A DNA stretch of 64,000 nucleotides, from assembly GCA_030141605.1 (NCBI GenBank), contig JAQGDQ010000538.1, positions 62,001-126,000 of the forward strand. Reading direction: 5' to 3'. The stretch is from Tubiluchus corallicola. Lineage: Eukaryota; Animalia; Priapulida. Shown here in pieces: positions 33,313 through 48,300 of the stretch. Positions within the stretch are counted from its first letter, which is position 1. Each line of letters opens with the position of its first letter. Below the pieces are notes generated by a model, which was given only the letters and a program-made list of their open reading frames with translations, was not told the origin of the DNA and searched no databases. Made by a program: the position numbers and the translations under genes.

Positions 33313-36300
33313 CTATTCTACAAATTCAAATGATTCAACTTCAAATGTGGATCTGCTTCCACTACTGCTGTCATCGTCACTGAAAAAATAAGCATCTATT
33401 GGCTCTATTCTTTCCTCTGGTAGCCTAAATCTATTGATTAGATTCCTAGCAGCACTGATCGTGTTCAGCTGCTCTGCTATATAGACAAACATATCATACT
33501 CAGCCAACTGATTTCTCCAGTCCATTACAATGGAACGATGTGAATTAAGTAATATTGCACGAAACATACTCATCACCACAGTTATAGAGATCGTAGTAAA
33601 AATGGCAAAAAACACTGGTCCCAGATATCGATGGGCAAGCCCAAACGAGTGGGACTCGCTGCCAGGCACAATCATGATCACCATTGTTCTAAAAGCTAAT
33701 ATAAATTCGCTGAATTCTTGCATTTTACTGCCAAACGCTATCATTCCAAAAAAAGCAAAAGGCAACAAGCCAATTATCACCATGAAACAAAAGTTAGCAG
33801 CTGGAAACAATGATGTGGATAACATAAAAAAATGTATCAACAAGAGTTTATTAAACAATAACATATGCCAAAGCTTCAAGCAGACTAAAATAACCAGAAA
33901 TGCTAGGATGTAAGTCAAAGTGAAATCCCAAAAGGCAGCTTGGTAAAAACTGGCGAAAGCAGCATCCTTTTCTGATGACTGCTTTTCCAAAAGCTTGTCA
34001 ACATGCATTGTTTTCTTTACAAACAGTGCCAGAGCAGTAATGGACAATGAAACAATACACAGTTCTATCCAGTTCCAAAAATGGGATAAATACTTGAAGC
34101 GCAGCTCATAAAGCTTACGGAGTTCCCTGAAGATGAAAATGGCCAGGAATATGCAATAAGCAATTTCACTTGTTATTAGTTTCCACTCTACCGTCTGCAC
34201 ATACTTGATGAGATTCAACGTGTAAATCTTATAAGTTGAGAAAACACCACCAGTTCCACTAAATTCCACTACCAAAGATACAATGCTGAACAGATTTGAG
34301 TTGGAATTGAACAAAGTGAACTCGATTGCTAAGGCACGAGTGTAATCATCGATCCATCTTGAGTCGATGAGAGCGGCTATAAGAGCTTTGTTCTGTGTGA
34401 TGTTACGTGTTAGTTCAGCCACATAACCACCACCACTGTAGAGTGCAAGTAAACCTGTGAACACAAATATTAGTATAATGAATACTATGTTAGTAATTAC
34501 CTATACACACTTTACCTGCACGTAAAAATATTTCTCTCTATTCCAGTTTCAACTTTATTAGTGCTGCATTAGAAAAACAGATAAAAATATAATATAACTG
34601 AATAAAAGAGGTGCTACGTTTCAAACAAACATGCCATTAATCATTGTGCTTGCATCACTAATCATCATCAAGCTACTTAGCACAACACAAGAAGACCACA
34701 CTAAGTTACAAAGTAGTAAAAATTGAAACAACACTTACAACTCGTCTTCTACACAGTAAATATCAAACAAAAGTCATTTAACACGGTGGAACAATTATGG
34801 TAGACTAACAGCACCATTCCAGGCAACTAAGTCTATATTTTCGGATACATGTTACAAAAGAATCAATAATCGATTATCACAATAGTATTAAAATCACGCA
34901 ATCTTTCTTACCAAGAAATGGTAAAGTTTGAAGTTCCAATGTGGACTGAAACGTCCAATGATCCGGAGGATACTTTGGATACTGTCTATATCTCCAACCT
35001 GAACGGTATGATTTGGTTTCCTCAGCATGCCACTTATATGGACCCACACAGTCACGACCAAATGGTTCCATGATTGGATGTATACTACACGTAGCTATAA
35101 AAATAATTATTGTCTCCCAAGACACACATTTAGTCTCCTCCGAGACTATCATCAGTAATAAGAGATATATTAAAATATATAAAATAATAGTTTGAAAATA
35201 AAATTTCAGATTTTCCTAATTTAAAATTAATTTAATAAATTGATATTAAAAAAAATATTTAAACTTTAAAATGTAAATACATTGACAAATTCCATGAGTT
35301 TAATAAGTTCCAAGCATTAATGAATACGTTGTTTTTTCCAAAATTGGCCTACATCAGCTACATAAGAGAATTATCAAGCAAAAATTAAACACAATTATTG
35401 TTAGAGTAAAATATGTTAAAACTTAAAAACAAAAACTAAATCATTTGCATGTCCTTCCAATTAAATTCAATCGGCACCTTGTAGCAGAATCAGAAAGAAA
35501 GAAAAGCGCGTTATTGTCCTGTCACGTTCGTATCCTAAATTTGATAGGATAAGGATACTAACCCTATTCAACTAAACTAGGCCCCACTGATCGACTACCC
35601 ACCTGGAAATCAACTGGCGCACATACTGATAAAGAATATTTTACAATATCTGCGCTTTTATCTTCGACTTTTCACAATACAATATTTATCCTACCGCGTG
35701 ACGGCCCGACACTTCTATGGTGCCTGTCTTTAATACCGGCATCAGTTTGGGCTGTATTTGTGGTGACCATTGTTGTCATTACTGTAGTTTGTCTACAGCT
35801 ACCTCATATCAACAACCCTGCTGTTTATAGCTACCTCGACAACGATCGGTATGGGGTATGTGATGTTAAGTTACTCACAAGTCAAAAGTTGTTGAAATGC
35901 TTTTGCTTCGAGCCCAGACAAAATGTAGAATGATCGTCAGCATTTTGATGCTTTCAACCTTCATTGTGTTGCAATTACACTGGCGAATGGTGCACTAGAT
36001 GCAACAACTAGTTGCCGTGCAGTTGTTATGGAGGAAAGTGGTACATTAGATGTAATATGATGATTGGTGACCATATATGGTAAACTGGTTAACAACCACA
36101 TCTGGTGAAACCATCATGGTGGTGGAAGTCAGCCTCCGAGTTATTAAAGTCAGCACTATGAGAATTCCCATACAAGTCAGCCATAGGCAAAACTTGGATC
36201 TTGCAGGACCAATGGCGAGAGTGCCCTGATGGTGAGTGACAAATATCAGTCGTCAGGAGCTCTTTTTCAGTTCTTTGTGGTAAACAGGACTTGCTGAGAG

Positions 36301-39300
36301 GCCTGACAATCAATCGGACGTCTGCATATACCATTATGTGGTACCATATTATATGAGTATTTAGCTGGAGCACTAATTTTGCTGAGGTAGCTGTAGACTA
36401 TGTACTTTTGCCCGTTCGTATTGTTTTATGATCTAGCTTATATTTGAAATTGTCTCGTCAAAATATAACGCTAAACCTAAACGTAACACTTTTGTCATAT
36501 ATGTATGTAAATGAAGTCGATGCCAAGGAGCAACTTTGTGAGAACCCCCTGTAGCAATAAACCCTTATCACACTTGACTAGAAGTCAGGTTTTGGGTACT
36601 TTCTCACCCCACAAACTTAGCTTATTCTGCCGTCACATGCTAGTTCTCAAGAATACTAAATCTACAAATACACAACAAAACATTAGACAGTTATAATCAT
36701 ATCAGGTTTGTTTCATAGTATGAGTGTTCCAATAGGGTATTTCCGGTAGACTTTTTTGGCAGACGTGTACAATATCTGCAAATATTATTGTACTCACCAT
36801 CACTAGCTCTGAGTTGTCGTAACCTTGGCACACTTACAAGCCAACTAACCAGATCAGCAGCAAACCCATCATGAGCAGCTTCACCGTTATACATGCCATC
36901 CGAAAACAAACTTGGCTCTAGTGTGTTGTTTATGTAATCCCACATAGTCTCAACATCCTTTACCTAAACCAGTCATAAATATGTAGCTTGTTGAACAACG
37001 ATGAATGTAATCACACTGTATTATAGGTTTGCCAGATATGCATTAAAATTTACAAAAAGCCATTCACAATTTGTGCAGCAACACTAATACATGCAAAGTC
37101 AATGCATAAAAGTAATTTTATCATGAGACTCAGGGATTTTGTTCAAATTTTGACTGTATTAAACAACAAAATAGGCGAGTTACGAGAACTGCTAAAATTA
37201 GAAAATTGACTGCCAAAAGTGTAGCTAGTGTATTGAAAAAAGATCGATTTTGTTTCAGATTTCAGAAATATTTATATCTAATTCCTAAACTGGACCTGGA
37301 AAGTTTTTAATTTTACTGCCCAAAAATTACAAATAATTGAAGTAATAATAAAATAAACGGTGAAAACACTAACGTCAGTGAATTTTGTCCTCCCACGGTA
37401 AACTGCATTGACCACAATATCCTCTACAGTTTTTGTCACCATGTACGACCTATAAATTATAACAACAAACTGTGTTAGTTTAAGAAAAATCCATAAAATT
37501 AGAAGCAATTCAGTGTATATATTTGTGTATCTATTTAAAGCCAATTGACAGAATAGCTCTATCGGCTGTGTAACAGTCTAAGCGAGTCCAACTCTTATTC
37601 AGTTAACATCAGATGTCAAAAACTTCCCATTGTTTCCATATACTGTAATTTGGGTAGAATAGGAGGAAAAACTTGATGTCACTTGTCCAGTTTGCCTATA
37701 TGGCCAAGTGTTATAAGTTTAAAACTGCGTAATTGCTTAACTTTACCTGGTATCCCGAAAATAAGTGATGATGTTTGACAACATCAGGATGAAAAAACCA
37801 AACAAAAATAATTCTTTGATTATGCGGCGCATCTTTCGTTGGCGCTTTCGCTCCCTTCTAGCTTCTATTAGTTTGCTTTCGTCTGGTGGATTATAAAGAT
37901 TAGTAATATCACGTGTCTTCAAACGCCTGTTCAATAATCAGAAAGCAAAACCATATGTTAAGTTATAGTTCACTAGTAAGTTATATTAACATCAGTTAAT
38001 TTCTACCAGTGTATTGTATATACATGAACATATTGTATATTTGTTAACTCCTTCAGGACTGCAAGAGTTTGCTGCATTTTGCATAAGCTCATGAAAAACT
38101 GCTCTTACTAAGTAACAATTATGTTACATAGGATAATTTTTGTAGGTTTCTACCCTCATACAATGGGCTTTCATGCAAAAGCATATATGAAATGCATTGC
38201 TAATCTTAGACAAATTAAAAATCAATTTTTGACAAAAGTGACTGCAGTGTTTGCATCATAAGAATGCAAGGTAGCACTAGTGTGAAATCCACTGATGCAG
38301 AAAATTTCAACTATCCAGACACAACACACTGACAGACTTTAGCCTCAAGTCTACTCACCTGCTTGCTACAGCCCAAGATGAAACGACTTTAATTTGTCCT
38401 TGGCTGATCTGTTGGTTTTTCCTGGAACAGCAGCAGAACTCTGCAAGCCGTTCTCTTGGGCTGTAGCAAGCAGGCGATCAATAACACAGTGTGTACGATT
38501 GTGCAAGTGTAAGCCAGACTAAGCTGCTCGACAGGTTAGGTTGACAGTCCCGATTAAATCACTTATAAATGCATAAACAAATAGCATGATTGGATAGCCA
38601 AGGTCTCCTGAATGGAACAGTACTTAATTTGTAATCATTTATTTATCTGTGCTCACACAGTAGCAGAAAAGTCATAGGCTTATAAAACCTATTTAGAGTG
38701 GTGTGGTCCTGAAGGAGTTAAAGCAAATGTGTATTTTTATTAAAGTAACTAATTACGATTAAGTTGTCATCGTAACTTGCATCGCATCGGCATTTGCATC
38801 GGGTACATACGGTTTCATTTATCAGGTGTTTTTCAAGTTAATTCATATTTAATTTGCGGCTTAAATATCTTAAAGCCATGCAACACCGTTGTATAGAATT
38901 AAATTTCAAATGAAATACAATGTACAGAATCCTTCTCTTCTGGGAAAAGCCAGATTACATACTATCATTCCCCTAGGAAGAAATTGACTCATTTGTACAT
39001 ATCAGACCCTTATTTAATCTAGCACACAGTTTTCGTTTGCTTAGTAGTTCTTTATAGTTCTTTCTTGCAAGGCATGAAGCTTGCAAGAAAAGATGTCTGG
39101 CAAGTTATTTATACCAAACCTCTGTTCTGTCGTCATGTTACAGAGCTGTTTCAACAAGAGGACGAAGAGGTTGTCAAAACGCCCAATGTTGCACTAGTGC
39201 CCCAGAAGTGTGATAAATACTATAGTTTGTGCTTAGTAGATTGCCTCAGTTTTAGTAACTCATTGAGGCATTGTAATATAGTCTATGACAGGTTGCTGTG

Positions 39301-42300
39301 TCGACATAGTTAAAAGATTTCTGAATAGTTCGTTTATTCTTTTCTTCAATGCATGGTCGCTAAACCCATACTACCTGGACAATGTGTGATGCTTCTTAGC
39401 AATGCTGCAGTTATTGGAGTGAAGTACTTAGAAGCAGTTGTGTAAGGACGAAGAACCACCAAACCATAATGCTCCTACGGTCCTACTCCAGACCTGAAAT
39501 CAGTTGCATGAAGGACGTGGAGCAACATCGAGCCTTCCTATTCCTTAGGAAATCATTCCTTAGGATGTAGGTATTGCAGAAACTTTACTGGTTTCTCCTA
39601 CCCCTCAAATTATCATTACTTATATTAGTTTCTTTACTCTCGGTTAATTTAACAAAGATTCACCCTTTCCCGGTTGTTCCACAGAGTTTCAGTTCTTCGC
39701 GTCATAAACCTTCTTTAACTGAATGGAACTGCTTTTAAATGGACATTGGTATATCATTTTTCATAAAATTGATCTTGTACCATCTGATCATTATTGTTTT
39801 TGCCTCATATGAGTAGTAACTTGAAGGACTTTGCTTGAATTACTATTTGTACAATAATTTTCAACAAAATGAACAATGATTGAACAATGATTGAACAAAT
39901 CATTGAACAATGCTCTATACTATTTTTTGTCACTTTCTCATCTTGCATCCACAATGTTGGTTCAATTTTTTATCGAAAAAATGATTTACAAACGGTGTAC
40001 CGAAGAATTTAAAATGACTTAAAATTGAACAAAGATTTTATGAACCCAAATAGATGACTACAGCACAGAACCAAAAGCAATAGCAAGAATAATACAGAAT
40101 TAAAATGTTGACGAGATTATTAAAAAGAGATGACCTACTTCTGACATACATGAACTGTTAGCTGTACCTTGTCAACAAAGGGCACAGACTTACACAGGTT
40201 GGTTTGCTACAAGCAGGTTCAGTGTTCTAAACTTCTGGTATCAATACAGAATGATGAATATAAAAACCGTTTCCTTTATTTACGTGACGAAGTTTCCAAA
40301 CACAAAGACGAAAACAGAGTTTACATCGTCACGGGTGAAGTTAACTAAACTAGTAATAAACAGACAAACACAGCATAACCTGTAAACTTGGCTTTAAAAG
40401 TGCAGGTTAGAACATCTACATCTAACAAAAAAGTAGTGCTTAGTGCTCAATACATTATGTATGCTTCGACAAGATGGATTTTTATTGTCCTAAACTATTT
40501 TCTGACCTTGAACAGGTTTAATTTGGCACTATAAAACTTGAATAATCCATATTCACAGAAATGTTCTTATACTGTTAACAAAAAGTAAAATGATGTAGTA
40601 CTGTATGCTATTATTTCAACTAGCTCTCCGAAAATAATGCTGCATTGACTCAAATGACATCAAAAATTACTACATAACTGTGTACCATCCAATATTATCA
40701 ATGAATCGGTTATCTTACAGGACCCTAGAAAAAAGCGTATTACAGCATATTGCAGAATTTTAAAGAAATGCATATAAAACCTTTTCAAATAGATTGATAA
40801 TGTATAGTTGCAAGGAATCCAATTATTTAGCATGCTTATTTCTCAACAGCATTTATAAAGATGAAGATATGCCTATAACTGTGACACGTACCTCTTATAT
40901 ATTTTGTACCACTCCTCATGTAACAATTCATCTTGCTCCTGTAGAAGAGGCACATATACATGTTTTTCTTTCAGTTCTTCTGGATCTCTTTTTAGCAAGG
41001 AAAAGAACAAGGCTATAAGAATTACTTGCACTGGATCTACAATACAAACAGCTTCAAAAGCCGAATACAACATGGACATCAACCAATCAATACTTGTCTT
41101 ATAGCCGTATTTTAATCCATACAGCATCACCAAGTATGAACAAACTAATGCGGAGCTGCAAACCAGAACCCAGCCGATGTAGACGCACCACCATGGCAGT
41201 CGATAGCGTGAACGTTTTTCCACTTTTCTTCCAGAATACAGTGCGTGAGCAGACCGTTTTCTCTTTACAATAGTAGTTCTTCTACGTTTTATCTTTCTAG
41301 GAGTGACCACTCGTAATTTTGAATCTGAATTTTGCCTCTTCACGATAACACCTGCTATCACTTCAGAATCAACATCTACTCCAGTTTTGACAGTGTCACT
41401 CAGGCCTTGCCCATTATTCTTTGGTTGTGTCGGTAAGTTCTTTGATTCAAATGATTGCAACTGAAGTGGCTGTCCAACTGATGCACTGTCTCTAGTGTCT
41501 TCCCCTGCCTGCAGGAAAAATTATATAAATTATCCTCCACCTTCCATATTGTAAACAGAATCTGCTTCTGGTTCGTAAAAATGTTTAATAAAAATGTTTT
41601 ACTAAAACATTTATGAATAATAAAACATTTTTGTTACCAATATTTTATTTATCACAAATCTTTTTTATAAAAAGCATATTGGAAATGCATGTTTCGAAAA
41701 CTCAAAAGCTCATATTTAAGTTTCGACATTCAAGTTGGCATATCTTAAAACAAAAATGCAACTTTAGCTGTTGTTTTGAATTTATGAGTTAAGAAAACAA
41801 ATGCAGTTTTAACAGTAAATGAAATCAAAACTGGCACTCCTCAAGGTTCTGTAATTGGCCCTACTCTGCTTCTACTGCTCAATGATATAACAGATTTTAG
41901 AGTCTCTAAGCTTGCTGCTTAAACTCATGGTTATACTCGGTTTTGAGCTGGGCCAAGACCAGTGTAAAGGAGGCTTTTAATGCGCAAGCTTAACACACTG
42001 AAACTCACGAAGCACTCGATATGAGTGAATGTTTCTACTCAAGAAAAAACAAATCAAGTCCATATGTCACATTATTATGAAACAAAATACATTTTCTACA
42101 ATACCTGCATTTCAGGGTGGTAAATAATATTTGACGATACTCCTCTTTTTGGCTTTTTCTTAAACAGACCTGCTAGTCTAGTAAAACTAGGCCTGCAAAT
42201 GTAAAAAATAAAGTATAATTGATTTAGTCTGCATTGTCAATACAACTGTGTATGGTAACAAAGGGATAATTTGCAATGGCAATGAATGGAAGGATAAATA

Positions 42301-45300
42301 GTCCTATAGTAAAAAATGAAAAATCAAGGTGCTTCTGTTCACCACAATTATCTTTAGTGAAAGAGTAGAAAGAAAGAAAGAAAACAAAACATGCGTTAAA
42401 ACAAAAATCACTAAAAAAATAACTAACCACCTTTCGAACTTAGAACAGAGAAACATTAAAAATTAGTCCTAGTGGAAGCTGCTTACTTGCTCGACATGCC
42501 CCTGTCCTTTACAGATACAATATCACCACTTTGTGACAATCGAAACAAACACACAATGGCCAAATTAATCATCCATGTAATGACGCCAGTTGTGAATCCT
42601 AGATGGATATATGATGCGATAAAATAACAGTGAAGAACAATGCACAAGAGACAATTAGAAAAATGTAGTTTTTCCTTTATTTACAAATGCACATTTTAGT
42701 CGACAACACTCACTTCAAATAACTACTGAATTAACACGTATTGATTTTCAAGTCAAATATTGTACAGATATGTATATATAGTAACCTACCATAAAATTTA
42801 ACTGATGTGAGCCAGCAAAACAAGTCAAGGTTTAACTTTTAATTATTAACAGTCCATATTAATTTAATATAAACAGAGTTGTTATTCAACTAAATGTTTG
42901 TTAAATCAAAGGTACTACTGAAATCTAAGAGGGTTAATGGAATTTTAACAACTGGGGTGGGAGTGAGGCAGAAAACTGGAGGGTGATTGAAACTATTACT
43001 GTTGATAAAGAATGTGCAAAGCAAAATTCATAACATATAACACATCTATAAAATTTTGGTAAGACGAGTTGAACTGTATGAGTTTACTTCACATCAAAGG
43101 TTATACAAAGGTCAAAAATGGTGTAAGAAGTTAAAGTCAATCCTTTGCTGAAACAAGTTATCCAGCACTCTATGCATGTTTATATTGGAAAACCAATATC
43201 TGTACAAACAACAAACAAGAAATGCTTTATTAAAATTTCAGTAATATTATGGTGAAATGAATTACAGATAACATTGAAGAGAAGATTTACCAATAGAAAG
43301 TTGAGACCAGGAAAACCTTAGAGTAGCCACCTCTGCTTGATCTTCAGGATCATCAGTTGGAATGCCATAAAACATGATGTTTCCAAGCATCATGGTAAGT
43401 AAAAGTGATAAAGCACAAGATGATCTCTGAAAATGTTTAAAAAAGAATCACACCTTCACACATGAATTATGCAACTACTAACAATATCCAATTACCACTG
43501 ACCATGGAGAAATATGCAGAACTGTAATAACAAGAAGCTATAATACTAGCAATAAGCAAATAAAAATTTAATAAAATACCATTTAATGTGCAAGTGGATA
43601 TCCAACAGAAAAATTTCAAACAGCATCTATAAATAGTGAAAAGTGAGATAATGGCGAACTAATTTATACCAACCTGGACTCTGGTAAAATGACTATGAGG
43701 AGGTCGCAAGAATATGCTCAACCACAAGTGGCCATCTTGAAAATCCTCCAAAGTTTTACTTGAAAAGAAGTGAACAAAACCCTAAGTATAAAAAGTGATC
43801 CTGTTTAAGTTACAAACATTTTATTTGCTTAAATTTATTTTATTTAATAAAGCAAAGAATTATACATACAATGATTATTTTTACAGCTCTCATCAGATAG
43901 ATATCTGGCAAACTGTTAGTGAGCATCAGAATGTTGTTTCAGACTTCAGCAAGTTTGTAAAGTACTGGTGATGTGTTTTAGCGGAGGATTGTAGCATGCG
44001 ACTACTGCCGCTATAGCTAGCCTTATGGACGATAGAGGGCGGAGTATGTAGGCACCTCCTGTTAGTACAAACCCGTTCAAAACTCAAAAGTGCACTCAAG
44101 ACCCTTGTAGTACCTCCAGAGGATTCCACACGGTAACTTGGCAAAGTAGGAAGGGAGCTACCTACAGTTTAAGCACAGGACGACATGAATCCCTCAAGTC
44201 TGCATTGATCAAAATGCACTGTCTACTAATACAACTAAAGCACTAAAAACAAACACTGTCTCACTTTTTGTCAGCTACTTTATTATAACGATTAATATTT
44301 CAAACAAAACTTGAATTTTCACAACAAGTGCATTTCCCATAATCATAAACAGTCGGTATGTGGGATTCACATAAATTCTCGACTGGTCACTCGGTAACAC
44401 TAAACTAAAGCATGCTTTAAGCAGGCAAGACAAACATGGCATCAGTAATAACTAATTGACAGAACTATGTGAAAACCTAAAGCACAAATACAACTAAACG
44501 TATAATTTTGTCAGTGGCATGACTGTACTACTTGAGATGGGAAATCTGTGATTTTGAAAATTACTCATCTTGAAGAATAGCATAGACTGAATCATGTAAC
44601 AGCTCAAAATAAAAAATTGACAGCATCTTATCTGCAGAAAATTCAATACAAAATATGGCACTGGTGACCCAATTTAAGCTTCTTGTATTAGTTGCTTACT
44701 AATCTATTCGAATAATAACAGAATTTGGAATAAGGAATTATTAGGCAACTAATCCCATAGTTATGCTATTCTTAAAATATTTTACCTTTAGTTCGCTTTC
44801 TTCAGCTGGGTATAGCTCGTGATAAACTGTTTTCAGCCCACGATCAACGGCCAGCCACTTGTTACATAAGAAACACCAGGAAGCATCCTCCTGCACATCT
44901 GTAATCACGACTTTTCGCAAGAACCTAAAGGATGTGTAGTTTGTATGATAAAGTAAATTAAACTGCACTCCACAAATAACAGTACTGATTTAAAATAAAT
45001 ACATAGAGCCTACATAAGTTTAGGCTTCTTAGTTCCCTTAAAACATTAAAAACAATACACTGTCAAAATTTATTGTACAATATGAAGAATGTTATTTATG
45101 TATTATGAACGACAAAATAAACTTACTTACAAAATAGAAAAATATATATCAAAATTAGCTTTAAGATACAGTTGATAAACTATACACAACATAATAAGTC
45201 CTTCATAATGAGAGCATTGATGTTAACACTTAATTAAAAATCTTTTTTAAAAGCAACAATTCAAGAACATGACAGCTACTAGTTCACAGCAGAAACATAG

Positions 45301-48300
45301 CCTTAAAATTTTTTGAGCTATTAAGTGTTAACGCGCTTCCCTTCTTATACTTCAGATTATCTTGATTATGATGTGACTCTTTGATCAGCGTTTTCATTAA
45401 CATGGTTTTGTAATCTATCTTAAATGAATTTGGAAACCTTTCGAAAATTTGCTGGCTCCTTTTCATGAGACAAATACAAATGAAATGTAACAAAACATTT
45501 GTTTGCCTCATGTTCTTCCCAACTTTTCAGTAGTGGAGGGATTTCTCACTCTCAATTATTTATAGTTACAGCTATTGTACTGGTCTCTATCCCATGATTT
45601 TATTTCCAAGCCTTACCAGGAAGGATGTTTTCCTGAATTGTCATGCCAGATAACAATAGATGTTAGATCACCAAGTGAATGTTGTGTTAGCAACAGAAAC
45701 CAATCTTGAGCTCCAGCACACATGATAGGCCTATTTTTATCAGACAAAATGGCTGGAGAACTAGTACCATTTGTACCTAGAAAAAATACAAAAATTAGTA
45801 ATACAAGAGCAAAACAAAAACTATCAACTAATTATTCAAACTTGCCTCCAGGTAATTATTATTACAATACTAGTGATCTCACCAGTTTGATTAAAGAAAC
45901 ATGTTACTCCAAATGTACAGTGTAACTAACATAAGAACCAAATTTAAGCAGCTTTGTATAAATATTTGAAAATGCTGACTGTTGAAAAGTTTTATTCTTT
46001 ATATTTTTATACATAAAACAACCTGCAGCCGACTATTCACAAGTTCGAGAAAACTTTTTACGAAAGAGCCTGTGTATATATATATTAAATGATATATTAA
46101 TATATTTAATTATATACATATAATTTTAATATATATGTATATATATATATACGTATATAATTAAATATATTAATATATCATTTGATATATATTTGATATA
46201 TTAAAATATATCAAAATTAATTTTCACCAGGGTCATATATATATATTAGACGTTGGTGAAAATTAATTTTGACCATGAAATGTGGTATGGTAGATTATGA
46301 AAATAGATAAAATTATATTTAATACAAATTATACCAATATATTAGACTATGGTGAAAATTAATTTTGATGATGGAATGTGGTAAATGTGGTATGGTAGAT
46401 CATGAAAATAAATACAAATTATGCCAATGAAACTCAAGCTGTATTGAAAATTCTATATGACACTCCTGAGAATCCTAACTAGTGATAATACCAGTCATTT
46501 AAAATAAATGAAGTGCAAAATGAAGAATGTTTCTGTAAACAATATAAAAAATACTTTATTAAAAAAGGAAAGAACACTTATTTTCAAAGAAAATAAGACA
46601 ATTTCACCAACCGCCCTCATTCAATACATTACCTTTTATCACTACAGTGACAGTAGCAGTCGTAGCTGCACCTTTTCTGATTCCTGTATAAGTGATGATA
46701 AGATAAACATACTTATCATTGGGATTGTTATCTTCAAGTATTGTCACGCCAACCTACCAGCAAAAATCGAAATAGCTAATTTACAACGACTTTTGACTAA
46801 ATTATATCAAACCCTTGTCTAAAGTTAAAGGTTTGTCTGCTTTAAGCGAGACATGGCAACTTTCTAATCTTTTTGGATATTTCTTATGCAGCTTCAAAAA
46901 AGTTTATAATCTTATATTATTCAAAAATTGATAGATCAATTGCTGTCAGCTATCATGGATGAAAACAGAAAATGTGAATGAGTGATTAAAAATTTAAATT
47001 TAGTTTCGCAATTTGGTGTGTCATTTCTTTGCATTTATTTTAGGTAAACTCAAATGTTATAAGAAGCAAGCACAAAAAATAGTTCTATGATTAATCATGT
47101 CTATTCGTTGAATATTTTCTTACATCAATGTAAAACTTTCCTCAATAAAAATTAGTTTCCCTAATTTAAATAAAAATTAAATTAAAAAAAATAAAAAACA
47201 TGCACAATAGGTTCCTCTTTTTTATTGTCTGTTGCTCCAAATAAATCTTGGAGAATTTGTCTATTGATATCTAGCAAGCCATTTCAGGATTGATGAATGT
47301 TCACAGCACAGTTAGTTACAAAAGTGTTCGTAATACATAAGTCAGATACAGGAACCGGATAACTCACGAATATTAAAATAAGGTAGACTACAGACTGGTT
47401 TTCAAGTTTTAGATGAAATTCTCGTGTACCGCACAAACATGTGTAGATGCCTGTAAGTTTTCCCGACATACAAAGCACGGCAACTTTGACGAGTGTATTT
47501 GTATGTTTGACTGAACTTCTATGGACTCTTATCCTTGAACAGCAGAAAAAACTAGATATACAACAAGTAAAAGGCCACATGTAAACAGAGGTGTGCGAAA
47601 GTAGTACTAAACAAGCGATACAGTCTATTTCTGATAGTAGAATATCATCTAGTGTACGGAATCATTACTGAAATTTTAACTTATGCATAGCTACACTTTT
47701 TTTTGGGTACTAGCAGTTCAAAACCTGACAATTATACAAATTAATAAAATCGCACAGGAAACCATTTACCTTAGGGATTTGTTTTTGTTGACAAGTTCCT
47801 TGTGAATTGCTGGTAAAGAAAAACAAAAATGATATGTTTTTTCCAGCTAACACATTCTTATATATTACTTCTTTCACATACATCTCAGTTAAATGTTGTA
47901 CAAAAATATACTTGCCAAACCTGTAATGCTTTGTACATTGGGAAGAATTCCAGGCATCTACACAGAAGTTTGAATATGATCAATACATTTTCACCTAGAA
48001 TTGGAGTTTGAGCAGATACCTGTTCTTCACAAGCATGTTTAACTGTACAAAAATTACTTTTGACCTAAAAAAGCAGATATCCACACCCAGTGCAATTTGC
48101 AAAATTTTGCCCACTGAAATACCTGGAATATCAAACCCTAAGACATATCATTATCTGTTTTGCAAATTTCAAATCAGCAAGCATTTTTGCTTCCTAATAG
48201 TGTATAGATAGGAACAGATATAGTTATACCACTTGGCTGGTACAGCCAAAAACATCAAGCTCTCTCGAAAAGGTAGATTCAACACACACTCGCACAATTT

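Noticed and set aside
33530-33913. 127-aa plus-strand ORF (and similar antisense ORFs at 40794-41104 and 56797-57343)
   Set aside because: They are antisense shadows of polycystin exons.
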